Source of the DNA: a virus
IMG/VR virus record: IMGVR_UViG_3300045391_004028
Strand: one strand, 5' to 3'
Length of the DNA: 58,714 nt
Positions within the stretch are counted from its first letter, which is position 1, and each line of letters begins with the position of its first letter. The position numbers were made by a program, and so were the translations under genes. Below the pieces are notes generated by a model. That model was not told where the DNA came from and did not search any database. It saw only the letters and a program-made list of their open reading frames with translations. Positions 33,570 to 41,971 of the stretch are shown one piece after another.

Positions 33570-34345
33570 CGGAACCTCGGCAGGTCCGGGCTCAGGAACC
33601 GGGGCCGCTGCGTCAGGCCGTGCGGGTTGTACGTGGCCAGGATCGAGTCCACCAGGTCATAGCCGGTCCGGCCCTTCTCCAGGAAGTCGTCCTCCTGGAT
33701 GAAGTCGATCGAGACCCCCTGGCGGGTGACCGAGCGGACCCGGTTCGGGAGCTGGCAGTTGCCGCCCTGAATGGCCTTGCCGATCTGGCAGGCGTACAGC
33801 CCGGCGGCGTCCTGGAGGTCGGCTGGCACGGCGACGCCCTGGAGGTACGAGACCGTCCAGGTGGAAGTGGCGCCCGCGTTCGCGGCCAGGTTCTGCGGCG
33901 CGGGCCACGAGCCGCCGTCGGTGCGCACCAGGTACGTGCCGAGGTCGAGCCGGTAAGCGGCCGGGCCGAGCGGGACACCATCGATGATCACGCTCATGAT
34001 CGAGTCGACGGGGCCGGGCAACGCCACCTGAGGCGGCGAGCACGCGCAGCCCGACGAGCACGCACAGCTCCCGTTGGCCAGCACCACCACGCCGCCGCCT
34101 GAGACGCCCTGGAGGCTCCAATAGCCCTCCCCGTAGTAGCCGACCGGGAATGCCTGATACAGCGGCTCCTGGGGTACCCAGCAGGGCCGCACGGTGACCG
34201 GGCAGAGGCCGAACTGCCGCCCCGTGGCCGCCCAGATCACCCGGATGGCCACCCGGTCCGCATACGCCTGCTGCGCCGCCGACAGGGCCGCCCACGACCC
34301 GCACAGCGAGTGGTTGGGCACCCAGCCCGAGCACGGTGCGTCCAT
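33566..34345 (-). CDS. Head-to-tail adaptor-like protein (259 aa)
   Basis: GLCPVTVRPC, CACSSGCAC and RVRSVTRQGVSI segments recalled from actinophage adaptor proteins. Confidence 0.5.
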   Translation of the reverse strand: MDAPCSGWVPNHSLCGSWAALSAAQQAYADRVAIRVIWAATGRQFGLCPVTVRPCWVPQEPLYQAFPVGYYGEGYWSLQGVSGGGVVVLANGSCACSSGCACSPPQVALPGPVDSIMSVIIDGVPLGPAAYRLDLGTYLVRTDGGSWPAPQNLAANAGATSTWTVSYLQGVAVPADLQDAAGLYACQIGKAIQGGNCQLPNRVRSVTRQGVSIDFIQEDDFLEKGRTGYDLVDSILATYNPHGLTQRPRFLSPDLPRFR

Positions 34346-34412
34346 CTGCTCTCCTCACGGCAAGGGCCGCCCCCGCCCCCCAGAGGCAGAAGCGGCCCGA
34401 GACCAGTATCCG

Positions 34413-34928
34413 CTAGGCGGAGGTACCCCAGATCACGACGTCGTAGGTGACAGAGGTACCCGCGCCGCCGTTCGTGAAGCGCAGGATGTCGGCCGTGGCC
34501 GCCGTGACGGCGTAGCCGGTCGAGTCCGCCCCCACGGTGAGCGCGAGCAGGCCGCCGGGCCGGATCGTCAGGGTCGGCGTGGTGCCGCCCAGGATCGTGG
34601 TGACCGGGTTCGACGCGCCGCCACCCATGATCAGGGTGTTCGTGTTGCCCGCGCTGGCCGCCACGATCAGGCCCTTGATCTTGACGAAGGTCAGCGTGTT
34701 GCCGAGCGGGTCGACGAGCACACCGGCGAGGTCCAGATCGTCGTTCGAGCTGGCGTTGATCGTGCGCGTGTCGGAGAAGATCCGATCGGCCTGACCGGCG
34801 CCGGTGCCCGAGCTGAAGCCGAACGACTTCGCGTAGGTCAGCGTCGAGCTGGCCGACTGGAGGTCCAGGCTGTTGTTCTCCGTCCCCGTGTAGGAGACCG
34901 AGAGCACCTGGTTGTCGAGAGTGGGCAT
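34413..34928 (-). CDS. Virion structural protein (171 aa, beta-rich, Gly/Thr/Ser-rich)
   Basis: ORF-track. Position in the late operon. Confidence 0.45.
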   Translation of the reverse strand: MPTLDNQVLSVSYTGTENNSLDLQSASSTLTYAKSFGFSSGTGAGQADRIFSDTRTINASSNDDLDLAGVLVDPLGNTLTFVKIKGLIVAASAGNTNTLIMGGGASNPVTTILGGTTPTLTIRPGGLLALTVGADSTGYAVTAATADILRFTNGGAGTSVTYDVVIWGTSA

Positions 34929-34938
34929 CAGGGTCTCC

Positions 34939-35625
34939 TTACGGGAGCGTCACCGCGCCGCACACGGCGGTCGGCGGGGCCAGGGTGGTCAGGTGCATGT
35001 CCATGTGGTCGGTGGACGTGATCGGCGTCAGCAGCGGCGACGGGCCCGCCGGTGCGCTGATCTTGTTGTCCACGTTGTACGGCCCGACGCCCCAGAGCGA
35101 GCCGGACTTGGTGCGCGCCTGGTTGATCGGGAACGTGATCGCCTCGTTCTGGACGGTGAAGTCGCCGATCATGGCGTCCACGATCCACGGGAAGAGCACG
35201 TAGCCGTACGACGTCGAGCCACCCGAGCAGGGCTGCCCGGACAGGTCCGTCCAGACCTCCAGGGCGAAGTTGCCGTAGACGGCCTCGCGCAGGCGGAAGC
35301 CGACCGCCTCCGGGATGACCGCATCGTTCATGACCAGCGGCGAGCCGGTGGCCATGTTGTACAGCTCCGGGTCCACGTTGGCCATGTTGATGACCAGGGA
35401 CGCCCACTTGAGCAGCGGGCGGCCCCGGTCGTTGTACACGAACTGGTCGTTCGCGCCCTTGAGCTTGTACTCGGTGGGGTCCTCGATCTCCATCGTCACC
35501 TCGACGGAGACGAACCCCGAGCTGGTGACCGACGCCTTAGCCCCGTGGACCGGAGCCCCGCACGCGTCCAGCTTGGTCATCCGCATCACGTTGCCGCGAA
35601 TGGGCTTCAGGCAGTAGGTCGCCAT
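34939..35625 (-). CDS. Putative major tail (tube)-like protein (228 aa)
   Basis: IRGNVMRMTKLDACGAPV and FALEVWTDL segments look like tail-tube proteins, but the position upstream of the adaptor genes is atypical. Confidence 0.35.
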   Translation of the reverse strand: MATYCLKPIRGNVMRMTKLDACGAPVHGAKASVTSSGFVSVEVTMEIEDPTEYKLKGANDQFVYNDRGRPLLKWASLVINMANVDPELYNMATGSPLVMNDAVIPEAVGFRLREAVYGNFALEVWTDLSGQPCSGGSTSYGYVLFPWIVDAMIGDFTVQNEAITFPINQARTKSGSLWGVGPYNVDNKISAPAGPSPLLTPITSTDHMDMHLTTLAPPTAVCGAVTLP

Positions 35626-35631
35626 GGCTGG

Positions 35632-36144
35632 TTACTTACCTTCCTCCGAGGCGTCGCTCTTGGCGTCGTCCTTGGCGGGGGTCGCCTTGGCCGCGCGCCG
35701 AGCGGAGCGCTTCTGCGTGGTGGTCTGCGAGGTGTCCTCGTCCGTGGACGTGTCCTCGTCGGCGTTCGCCTCGTCGGCGGCCTGCCGCTCCTCGTCCGCC
35801 GACGTCTGGGTGTCGGCCCGCGAGCCCGCCCCCGGGTCGGTGCCGATGCTCGCCGGGAGCCCGGCCTCGGCCGGGGTGACGAGCCCGTCCGCGACTGCCT
35901 GCTTGCCGTCGCGCTCCTCGGCGAAGTCGGCCGCCTTCTGCTGCCGGGCCGCCTCTTCGTCGCGTCGCTGCTGCCGGTCCCGCAGGAGCGAGGCCGCCGC
36001 CTCCTCGTCGTTCACGACGTAGACGCCGCCGCCCTGCACGTCCGGCCGGGGGGACCAGAAGACGTTCTCGGCCCCCGCCTTCTCGATCAGTGCGCGCGCC
36101 ACGTCCTCGTGGGTCTCGCCTTCCTGAAGTACAACTTCAGCCAT
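35632..36144 (-). CDS. Acidic, largely disordered protein with Lys-rich tail (170 aa)
   Basis: ATG at 36144, 9 nt after AGGAGG. Internal start of ORF-track 35632..36219. Confidence 0.6.
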   Translation of the reverse strand: MAEVVLQEGETHEDVARALIEKAGAENVFWSPRPDVQGGGVYVVNDEEAAASLLRDRQQRRDEEAARQQKAADFAEERDGKQAVADGLVTPAEAGLPASIGTDPGAGSRADTQTSADEERQAADEANADEDTSTDEDTSQTTTQKRSARRAAKATPAKDDAKSDASEEGK

Positions 36145-36157
36145 TCCTGAACTCCTC

Positions 36158-37009
36158 CTAGCCTGCTCGCGTGACCAGCGTGGCCGCCGCAAGACACTCG
36201 ACGGCGATAGCGTAGGCACGCCCCGCGTACACCGCTCGCTGGTTGGTGGCCGTGTTGATCTGGGCGGGCTCGCCAGGCGTCACCCAGACGTCGGGAGAGC
36301 GCCACAGCAGCACGCGACCAGTGATGTACATGGCCTCTGCCGTTCCCGTGGGCGCCACTCCTGCCGGAGTGTTTCCGGAATAGCCAGCCCCGAACACGAT
36401 CTCGGAGCCGTACTGCGTCAGCACCCGCTGACCGTCGCCCTGGTGCGGCGCCCGCAGAAGGGAGCCCTTGCTCCCCAGGTACGCGCCCATCATCGGGCGG
36501 GCGTGGATGAACAGCGGGCCGTTGTACTTGGCCGTGGCCGCCTGCTGCTCCAGCAGAGCCACGGCGTCGATCACGTTCGCCGAGACCGCCAGCGTGTTCA
36601 CCTTGCCCGCCGCCTGGAGCGTTTCGAGGATGCCGGTGACACCCTCGCCGCCGCCCCAGAACGCCTTCTCAAGGCCGTACTGCTCGCCGAGCACCAGCTT
36701 CTGCCGGACCCGCCGCTCGGCCTCGGCCGTCTCGTTGCCCGCCGTGCCGCACACCTCGGAGGCGTACAGCACGAACGGGTACGCGGACACGAGCCCGTCC
36801 GCCGTGTCCGGCACCCAGGCCGGGTACGGCGGGCTGGCGCACGCTGGCGGGTACAGGTGGACGCTGCCGCAGACCTCGGACCACCACTGCGCGCCCGAGG
36901 TCTCGGCGTGCGCGGGCATCTCCATCGGGCCGACCGCAGCGGCCAGCAACCCGTTCCGCGACGGCGTGAACGCCGGGGGCGGATCGAGGATGTAGGCCGG
37001 GATCGCCAT
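36158..37009 (-). CDS. Capsid-associated structural protein; C-terminus resembles HK97-fold capsid proteins
   Basis: 283 aa. C-terminal ...NTATNQRAVYAGRAYAIAVE... looks like the end of HK97-family capsid proteins. Confidence 0.35.
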   Translation of the reverse strand: MAIPAYILDPPPAFTPSRNGLLAAAVGPMEMPAHAETSGAQWWSEVCGSVHLYPPACASPPYPAWVPDTADGLVSAYPFVLYASEVCGTAGNETAEAERRVRQKLVLGEQYGLEKAFWGGGEGVTGILETLQAAGKVNTLAVSANVIDAVALLEQQAATAKYNGPLFIHARPMMGAYLGSKGSLLRAPHQGDGQRVLTQYGSEIVFGAGYSGNTPAGVAPTGTAEAMYITGRVLLWRSPDVWVTPGEPAQINTATNQRAVYAGRAYAIAVECLAAATLVTRAG

Positions 37010-37021
37010 GGTGACGCCTCC

Positions 37022-37429
37022 TTACCGGGCCAGGAAGGTGAGCAGGACGGCGATGGCCGGGAGCGCGAGGCCCGAGGCCGCCGAGGTGTGGACGACCTGT
37101 ACGACGTCGCCCGCCTTGACCTCCAGGTTGGCGGCCGTGCCGTTGAGCGTCATCAGCTCCTTGGTACCGGCAACCGAGTTGGTGGCCGACCAGGTGCGCG
37201 ACGCCATGGCCGTGGTGCCGGAGCCGAGCGTGCCCTTGTTCTGCACGGTGATCGTGGCGAAGTTGGTGCCGTTCGCGGTCACGGCCGCCCTCGGCACGAT
37301 CTCGGCCTTGAGCAGCCGCGCGTCACGGTGCAGGTTCGTCCCGACGACCGTGGACGTGTCGAGCGCCGCGACGGCCGGAAGCTCCAGGGTGACGACGAAG
37401 CCGTCCGTGATCTCGGTATTTGCGGACAT
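37022..37429 (-). CDS. Structural protein (135 aa), possible head decoration
   Basis: ORF-track, beta-rich, lying between the two capsid-like genes. Confidence 0.35.
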   Translation of the reverse strand: MSANTEITDGFVVTLELPAVAALDTSTVVGTNLHRDARLLKAEIVPRAAVTANGTNFATITVQNKGTLGSGTTAMASRTWSATNSVAGTKELMTLNGTAANLEVKAGDVVQVVHTSAASGLALPAIAVLLTFLAR

Positions 37430-37460
37430 TGGTGATCCCCTCTCCGGGTCTCGAAAGAGC

Positions 37461-37490
37461 GCACGGGCCGGGCCTGAGCCCGGCCCGTGC
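37461..37490 (-). terminator. Hairpin (attenuator/terminator) just after the major capsid gene
   Basis: Perfect 13-bp stem gcacgggccgggc/gcccggcccgtgc with a 4-nt loop. Confidence 0.65.
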
Positions 37491-37508
37491 TCCTGGTCAG
37501 AGGCTAGA

Positions 37509-39266
37509 TCAGCCGGTCCGCATGTCGACGGTCGCCGAGGTGACGCCGCTCGGGTCGATCGTGGTCTTGATCCGGCGCGACTCGAAGCCCCGCTTGGCGA
37601 CCAGGATGCCCTCCTCGGTGAAGAGCTGGGTGTACTGGTTCAGCGCGAGGTTCGTCGAGTCGTACACGGTGTCGAGCCGCACGACGTCGGAGACGCCCGC
37701 AACCCAGGTGCCGGGCGCGTAGACCAGCGCCTCGACCGTGGTCGGCATCGTGTAGATGCCCGCCGACTGGCCCACGATGCTGGTGTTGGTGCTGTTGTAC
37801 GCGTCCAGCCAGTCGTAGATCCACTGGAGCCGGAGGCCGCGAGCGGTCGCCCAGCCGTTGAACGCGGCCATGGTGACGTTCTCGGCGGCGTCCGGGTCGA
37901 TGCCGGTCCGGCGCGACACGTCGGCGCGCACCGACGCGATCAGCCAGTACGGCAGGACCACTTCCAGCGTCGAGTCCGGGTCCATCCGGTACTTGTACCG
38001 GTAGTCGATCGCCTGGATGTCCAGGATGCCGAGGAGCCGGTTGACGACCGAGAGGTCCTTGTACTCGGTGGTCGTGATCGGCAGGTTCGCCACGTTCGTG
38101 TAGTCGAACAGCGTCGAGCCCGCGACGACCTGGTTGATCTTGAAGATGTTCATCTTCCGGGCGTGCGCCTTGAGCGCGCCGCGCACGAACCGGGCGACCA
38201 TCTCCGGGTAGCCCCGGTCCTGGAGGAACGCGCCGGTGATGCAGACGCCCTCGACCTCCAGCCGCTTCTCCGTGAAGGAGGGGCAGGAGATGACCATGCA
38301 CGGCTTCGACGTGGCCGCCTGGACCTGGGCCTCCGTCTGGTGCCAGTAGCCCGTGCCGGAGAAGATCGTCGAGAAGTCGGGGCCGGTCGTGAACTGGATG
38401 CCGCCGCGCGAGATCTGCACCTCGGGCATGTCGAACATGCCAGCGGTGCCCTCCAGCTCGAAGAGGCCGTAGTCGATCTGCGACGGCGCGCACCACCCGG
38501 CCGCCGCGACCAGGCCGCCCTCCAGCCGGTTCTGGTCGCCCGCGTACTCGAAGACCCGCTGCACGTCCTCCACCGAGGCCCGCTCGCCAAGCTTCAGCTC
38601 CGCCGGGAACTCCCGCTGGAGGTACATGACCGGCGTCCGGATGTACTGGCCGCCGCCCGCGCCGCGCCCGTTCGGGAACGCCGCGAACGCCGCCTCGGCC
38701 GCCCTGGCGACCTCGGTGATGTTCTTGAACTGGTGGCCCGCGTTGACCGTACCCAGGTTCGGCGCCGCGACCATGCGGGAGCCGGTGGTCTGCTGCTCGG
38801 CCGCGACGCCCGGCGCGGCGGGCGTACCCGTGCCCGCTGCCGCGACGTCGGCCACGCGGACGGTGCGACCCGCTGCTGTCACCGCGCCCTCGTCCTTCTG
38901 GTCGCCCTCGGCGCCCTTCTCGTCCTTGCTGTCCTCGTCCTCGTCGGACGTGGTGGTCTCGTCGGCCGGGGCCTCGTCGGCGGGCGGCTCGGTGGCGAAG
39001 ACGGCGACCGCGTCGGCCGCCCTGCGCGCGCTGGTGCTGGCCGCCGACGCCTCGCCGATGCGCCGCTCACGCTCGGCGCGCACGGCGGTGACGACGCCCG
39101 ACAGGCGCGTGATGCCCTCGACCTCTTCGGCTGTCAGCGGCTCGCCCTCGCCGTTGGCGCGCGGCAGCAGTGGCGCGGCGGCCTCGCGCACCTGGACTTC
39201 CAGGGCGTTGAGGTCGGCGTCTGTGACGGTGGAGAAGTCGGTAGGAACTTGGATCTTGTCGAACAC
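37509..39266 (-). CDS. Major capsid protein candidate with N-terminal scaffold-like (delta-like) and acidic linker region
   Basis: GTG at 39266 lies 9 nt after GAGGAG, and the ORF-track ATG at 39350 is an alternative start. Coiled-coil N-terminus, acidic linker and a ~400-aa C-terminal domain with AAAGWCAPSQ and KPCMVISCP segments. Confidence 0.55.
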   Translation of the reverse strand: MFDKIQVPTDFSTVTDADLNALEVQVREAAAPLLPRANGEGEPLTAEEVEGITRLSGVVTAVRAERERRIGEASAASTSARRAADAVAVFATEPPADEAPADETTTSDEDEDSKDEKGAEGDQKDEGAVTAAGRTVRVADVAAAGTGTPAAPGVAAEQQTTGSRMVAAPNLGTVNAGHQFKNITEVARAAEAAFAAFPNGRGAGGGQYIRTPVMYLQREFPAELKLGERASVEDVQRVFEYAGDQNRLEGGLVAAAGWCAPSQIDYGLFELEGTAGMFDMPEVQISRGGIQFTTGPDFSTIFSGTGYWHQTEAQVQAATSKPCMVISCPSFTEKRLEVEGVCITGAFLQDRGYPEMVARFVRGALKAHARKMNIFKINQVVAGSTLFDYTNVANLPITTTEYKDLSVVNRLLGILDIQAIDYRYKYRMDPDSTLEVVLPYWLIASVRADVSRRTGIDPDAAENVTMAAFNGWATARGLRLQWIYDWLDAYNSTNTSIVGQSAGIYTMPTTVEALVYAPGTWVAGVSDVVRLDTVYDSTNLALNQYTQLFTEEGILVAKRGFESRRIKTTIDPSGVTSATVDMRTG

Positions 39267-39396
39267 GAGAGCTGTCTCCTCGTACGGGAGGGAGCGAGAG
39301 GGTGTGATGTCGTCCTCTTCGCGCAGCTCGATCGGCCCACAATCCAGCATCGATGCCTACGGAACGCTACGATAGCAGCATCTCTCTCCTGAGATC

Positions 39397-39440
39397 CACG
39401 GCCCGCTGATTCCCCGGACCCCCGGCGTCGGCGGGCCGTG
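39397..39440. other. Long perfect hairpin in the divergent region between the capsid gene and the antisense island
   Basis: cacggcccgc / gcgggccgtg 10-bp stem with a 24-nt loop. Confidence 0.4.
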
Positions 39441-39463
39441 TGTATTCCCCTGACCAACCCGAG

Positions 39464-39504
39464 TTGACACGTACGTCAACCACGTGTATGCTAGTGGCAT
39501 ACAG
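39464..39504 (+). promoter_or_regulatory. Strong promoter P2 (TTGACA-17-TATGCT) with two dyads
   Basis: TTGACacgtacGTCAA and GTGTATGctagtggCATACAG. Confidence 0.7.
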
Positions 39505-39523
39505 CGAGACGGAGGAGCACCCC

Positions 39524-39718
39524 ATGATGGACAACGCGCTGGTCAACTGGTTCCGGGACCTCCCCGGGGAGATCGTCTCCCTCGGCACCGACCACCCGTA
39601 CGTGATGGTGATGCTGGGCGTGCTCGGCGCGGCGATGGTCTACATCGGCGCCTTCGTGCTCTACCAGCGCCGCCAGGACCGCCGTGACGCACGGGTGACC
39701 GCCCGCCGCTACCGCTAG
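39524..39718 (+). CDS. Small membrane protein (64 aa)
   Basis: ATG after GGAGGAGCACCCC. TM YVMVMLGVLGAAMVYIGAFVLY. Confidence 0.65.
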   Translation: MMDNALVNWFRDLPGEIVSLGTDHPYVMVMLGVLGAAMVYIGAFVLYQRRQDRRDARVTARRYR

Positions 39719-39736
39719 ACCACTCAGGAGAGAGAC

Positions 39737-39898
39737 ATGATCACCACCACCATGCGAGGCAAGGGCCGCCGGGTCGCGAACCGCGTCAAGATCGACCTGC
39801 TCGTGGCTGAGGGCTACACCTGGGCGGGCTGGTACTGCCAGGTCTGCCTAGACGCGAAGTACGCGGTCGTCTTCGGCTCGTACATGGGCGTGAAGTAG
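39737..39898 (+). CDS. Small hypothetical protein (53 aa)
   Basis: ATG after CAGGAGAGAGAC. MITTTMRGKGRRVANRVKIDLLVAEGYTWAGWYCQVCLDAKYAVVFGSYMGVK. Hand-translated and below the ORF-track cutoff. Confidence 0.5.
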   Translation: MITTTMRGKGRRVANRVKIDLLVAEGYTWAGWYCQVCLDAKYAVVFGSYMGVK

Positions 39899-39914
39899 CA
39901 GGTCGCAAGTGGGG

Positions 39915-39955
39915 TTGACAGCAACGTCAGCCCCCTGTATGCTATGAACATACAA
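39915..39955 (+). promoter_or_regulatory. Strong promoter P3 (TTGACA-17-TATGCT) with two dyads
   Basis: TTGACagcaacGTCAg and CTGTATGctatgaaCATACAA. Confidence 0.7.
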
Positions 39956-39992
39956 GCCAGGGGGCAAGGCCCCACGAGGACAGGAGAGAGTC

Positions 39993-40145
39993 ATGATCCT
40001 CAACCCCGATGAGATCGAGCGCCTGCTAGACCTGCTGCGCGAGCAGCGCGACGCCACGGTCAGCGGCGAGCGGAGCGGCTACGGCCAGGCCCGCGATCAG
40101 GAGCTGGCCGACATCGACTTTCTGATCGAGAAGATCGCCCGCTGA
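39993..40145 (+). CDS. Small helical protein (50 aa)
   Basis: ATG after AGGAGAGAGTC. MILNPDEIERLLDLLREQRDATVSGERSGYGQARDQELADIDFLIEKIAR. Confidence 0.5.
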   Translation: MILNPDEIERLLDLLREQRDATVSGERSGYGQARDQELADIDFLIEKIAR

Positions 40146-40157
40146 CGCTCTACCGGT

Positions 40158-40180
40158 CGGGCCCGGCACGTCCGGGCCCG
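40158..40180 (+). terminator. Terminator-like hairpin
   Basis: cgggcccgg cacgt ccgggcccg, a perfect 9-bp stem. Confidence 0.6.
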
Positions 40181-40221
40181 CGCCGTGGGGAATCAGCCCA
40201 GAATCCCAGGAGGAGAAGATC

Positions 40222-40569
40222 ATGAAGGACAGCTCGCTGCCGCCGTTCCTGCTCGACTACCTGGAGGCCCGGTTCAAGGCGGGCGACGTGTTCAGCACGT
40301 CGAGCCTGACCGCGCCACTCGAAAACCTGCTGTACGAGGAGGCGATGGAGGCGTACCGGCTGCGCCTGCGGCTGAAGGACGCGATCGCCAGCCGCGCCCA
40401 GGACAACGAGTGGATGGAGACAGGCCTGAAGGGTGTCAAGCGCATGTACGTGCCGAGTACGGACGACACGCCGCGCCTCGCGGGCCGCATCTACGAGATC
40501 GAGAACCGCGTGCAGCGGCTGATCGACGTGCTGAACGCTCAGCGCAAGGTGTTGCGCGAGGCGAGCTGA
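40222..40569 (+). CDS. Hypothetical protein (115 aa)
   Basis: ORF-track. RBS CAGGAGGAGAAGATC. Confidence 0.7.
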   Translation: MKDSSLPPFLLDYLEARFKAGDVFSTSSLTAPLENLLYEEAMEAYRLRLRLKDAIASRAQDNEWMETGLKGVKRMYVPSTDDTPRLAGRIYEIENRVQRLIDVLNAQRKVLREAS

Positions 40570-40590
40570 GCCAGCCAGTCGACGCACACG

Positions 40591-40615
40591 GCCCCCGGGA
40601 ACAATTCCCGGGGGC
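40591..40615 (+). terminator. Terminator-like hairpin
   Basis: gcccccgggaa caa ttcccgggggc, a perfect 11-bp stem. Confidence 0.65.
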
Positions 40616-40635
40616 TGTACGTTGTGACCATACAG
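40615..40635 (+). promoter_or_regulatory. Copy of the CTGTATG-N7-CATACAG dyad (weak -35) upstream of 40652
   Basis: CTGTACGttgtgacCATACAG directly followed by GAGAGAGG and the ATG. Confidence 0.35.
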
Positions 40636-40651
40636 GAGAGAGGTGAATGAC

Positions 40652-40789
40652 ATGAGCGAAGCACCGATGAGCTGGGAGCTGATCGACGACGAGGACGAGA
40701 CGGCCAGTGAGGCCGAGGCAGAGGACTGGCAGGACCGGGAGCCGGACGAAGGCGAGCGGGAGGAAGGGCTGAAGGGGAGGCAAGGGTGA
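40652..40789 (+). CDS. Small highly acidic protein (45 aa) with WELIDDEDE motif
   Basis: MSEAPMSWELIDDEDETASEAEAEDWQDREPDEGEREEGLKGRQG. The stop overlaps the GTG of the next gene. A 27-nt segment is near-identical to one in 46834..46998. Confidence 0.55.
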   Translation: MSEAPMSWELIDDEDETASEAEAEDWQDREPDEGEREEGLKGRQG

Positions 40790-41184
40790 GGCTTCGAACG
40801 GGTCTCACGGCGCTGGTGGGGCTGGCGGCCGTGGCTGGCGCGTACACGATCATCCACACGGGCTCGCCGGACGAGTGGCGGACCACGGCCATCCAGTGCT
40901 GGTGGAGACCGGATGCGGAGGCGACGCTGGTCTACGACCTGGGCAAGGGCAAGTTCACGAAGGTCGTGAAGCGCGCGAGCAAGGCCCGCCCGCTCAAGAT
41001 CTCCAGCTCGCTCGCACGGCCGGGGCAGATCGTCTACTACGACGTGACGTTGACCTACCCGGCCAAGGCTGATCAGTTCTGGTGCAGGCTCCAGGCTGGT
41101 AACGCCGAGCACCAGGTGGCGGGCGGTGGGCCGGACAAGAGCGCGGGCACGAACCACTGGGCCGACCACTTGACGGTCACGTAA
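40786..41184 (+). CDS. Membrane-anchored/secreted small protein, MmpS-like architecture (paralog 3)
   Basis: TM LTALVGLAAVAGAYTII, ending in FWCRLQAGNAEHQVAGGG, similar to 3909..4313 and 4909..5265. Confidence 0.55.
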   Translation: MRLRTGLTALVGLAAVAGAYTIIHTGSPDEWRTTAIQCWWRPDAEATLVYDLGKGKFTKVVKRASKARPLKISSSLARPGQIVYYDVTLTYPAKADQFWCRLQAGNAEHQVAGGGPDKSAGTNHWADHLTVT

Positions 41185-41202
41185 GGATCTTGATCCCGGG
41201 GG

Positions 41203-41244
41203 TTGACAGGCCAGTCAAGCTCGCTGTATGTTTATGACATACAG
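41203..41244 (+). promoter_or_regulatory. Strong promoter P4 (TTGACA-18-TATGTT) with two dyads
   Basis: TTGACaggccaGTCAA and CTGTATGtttatgaCATACAG. Confidence 0.65.
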
Positions 41245-41282
41245 CGAGGGGCACGGAGCCCCCGGGATCAAGGGAGAGAATC

Positions 41283-41723
41283 ATGGCTGACAAGTACATC
41301 GACGACCTGTTCGCCGCGATCACGGCCGCGCAGGAGCTGGCCGACCTGGCGAAGCTGGAGGTCGAGACCCCGGCACCCGCACCGGCGGCTGTGGCGCCGA
41401 AGTGGAACGGCCTCAGCTACCTGGGCGACGAGGGCACCATCTCCCGCTACGCGGTCAACTACCACGGACAGACGTCCTTCTTCGTCCTGGTGGACAACGC
41501 GATCACCCACGAGCCCACTGAGGCGGGCGTCGCGTGCGCTCCCGGCGTGACCCTGCACCGCATCCACATCCAGAGCGTGGACGGCTCGACGCTGAAGGAC
41601 ACGAACGGGTACGCGGCCCGCTACGAGCACACGGACGGCACCGGTACCCACATCGACTCCCGGACCGTGGCTCAGTACGTCCTGCCGCGCGGCAGGCGAT
41701 TCGCCAAGCAGCTTACGGCCTGA
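41283..41723 (+). CDS. Hypothetical protein (146 aa)
   Basis: ORF-track. RBS AAGGGAGAGAATC. Confidence 0.7.
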   Translation: MADKYIDDLFAAITAAQELADLAKLEVETPAPAPAAVAPKWNGLSYLGDEGTISRYAVNYHGQTSFFVLVDNAITHEPTEAGVACAPGVTLHRIHIQSVDGSTLKDTNGYAARYEHTDGTGTHIDSRTVAQYVLPRGRRFAKQLTA

Positions 41724-41742
41724 GACCGCAGGCCACAGGGGG

Positions 41743-41783
41743 TTGACGGAAACGTCAGCCCCCTGTATGCTAGCTACATACAA
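41743..41783 (+). promoter_or_regulatory. Strong promoter P5 (TTGACG-17-TATGCT) with two dyads
   Basis: TTGACggaaacGTCAg and CTGTATGctagctaCATACAA. Confidence 0.7.
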
Positions 41784-41801
41784 CGAGGACAGGAGAGAGC
41801 C

Positions 41802-41900
41802 ATGCAGCGCAGCACGCAGATCCGGATCATCCTCCACGTGATCGCCTTCGTCATCGGCGTCGGCGGTACCGCCGTCCTGTGGCTCCTGCTCAACCACTGA
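41802..41900 (+). CDS. Micro membrane peptide (32 aa)
   Basis: ATG after AGGAGAGAGCC. MQRSTQIRIILHVIAFVIGVGGTAVLWLLLNH. Confidence 0.5.
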   Translation: MQRSTQIRIILHVIAFVIGVGGTAVLWLLLNH

Positions 41901-41971
41901 CCGACCGCTTCCCGGGCGCCCCGACTAGGGCGGGACGCCCGAGTGGTTGCCGACCAGACAGGAGAGAGATC

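Noticed and set aside
39267-39350. Upstream ATG (39350) of the capsid ORF, and a 4-codon mini-ORF (ATGCTGCTATCGTAG) after an AGGAGAGAG box at about 39370-39385.
   Set aside because: ATG 39350 has no nearby RBS, whereas GTG 39266 lies 9 nt after GAGGAG. The mini-ORF is too short to support and its spacing is atypical.
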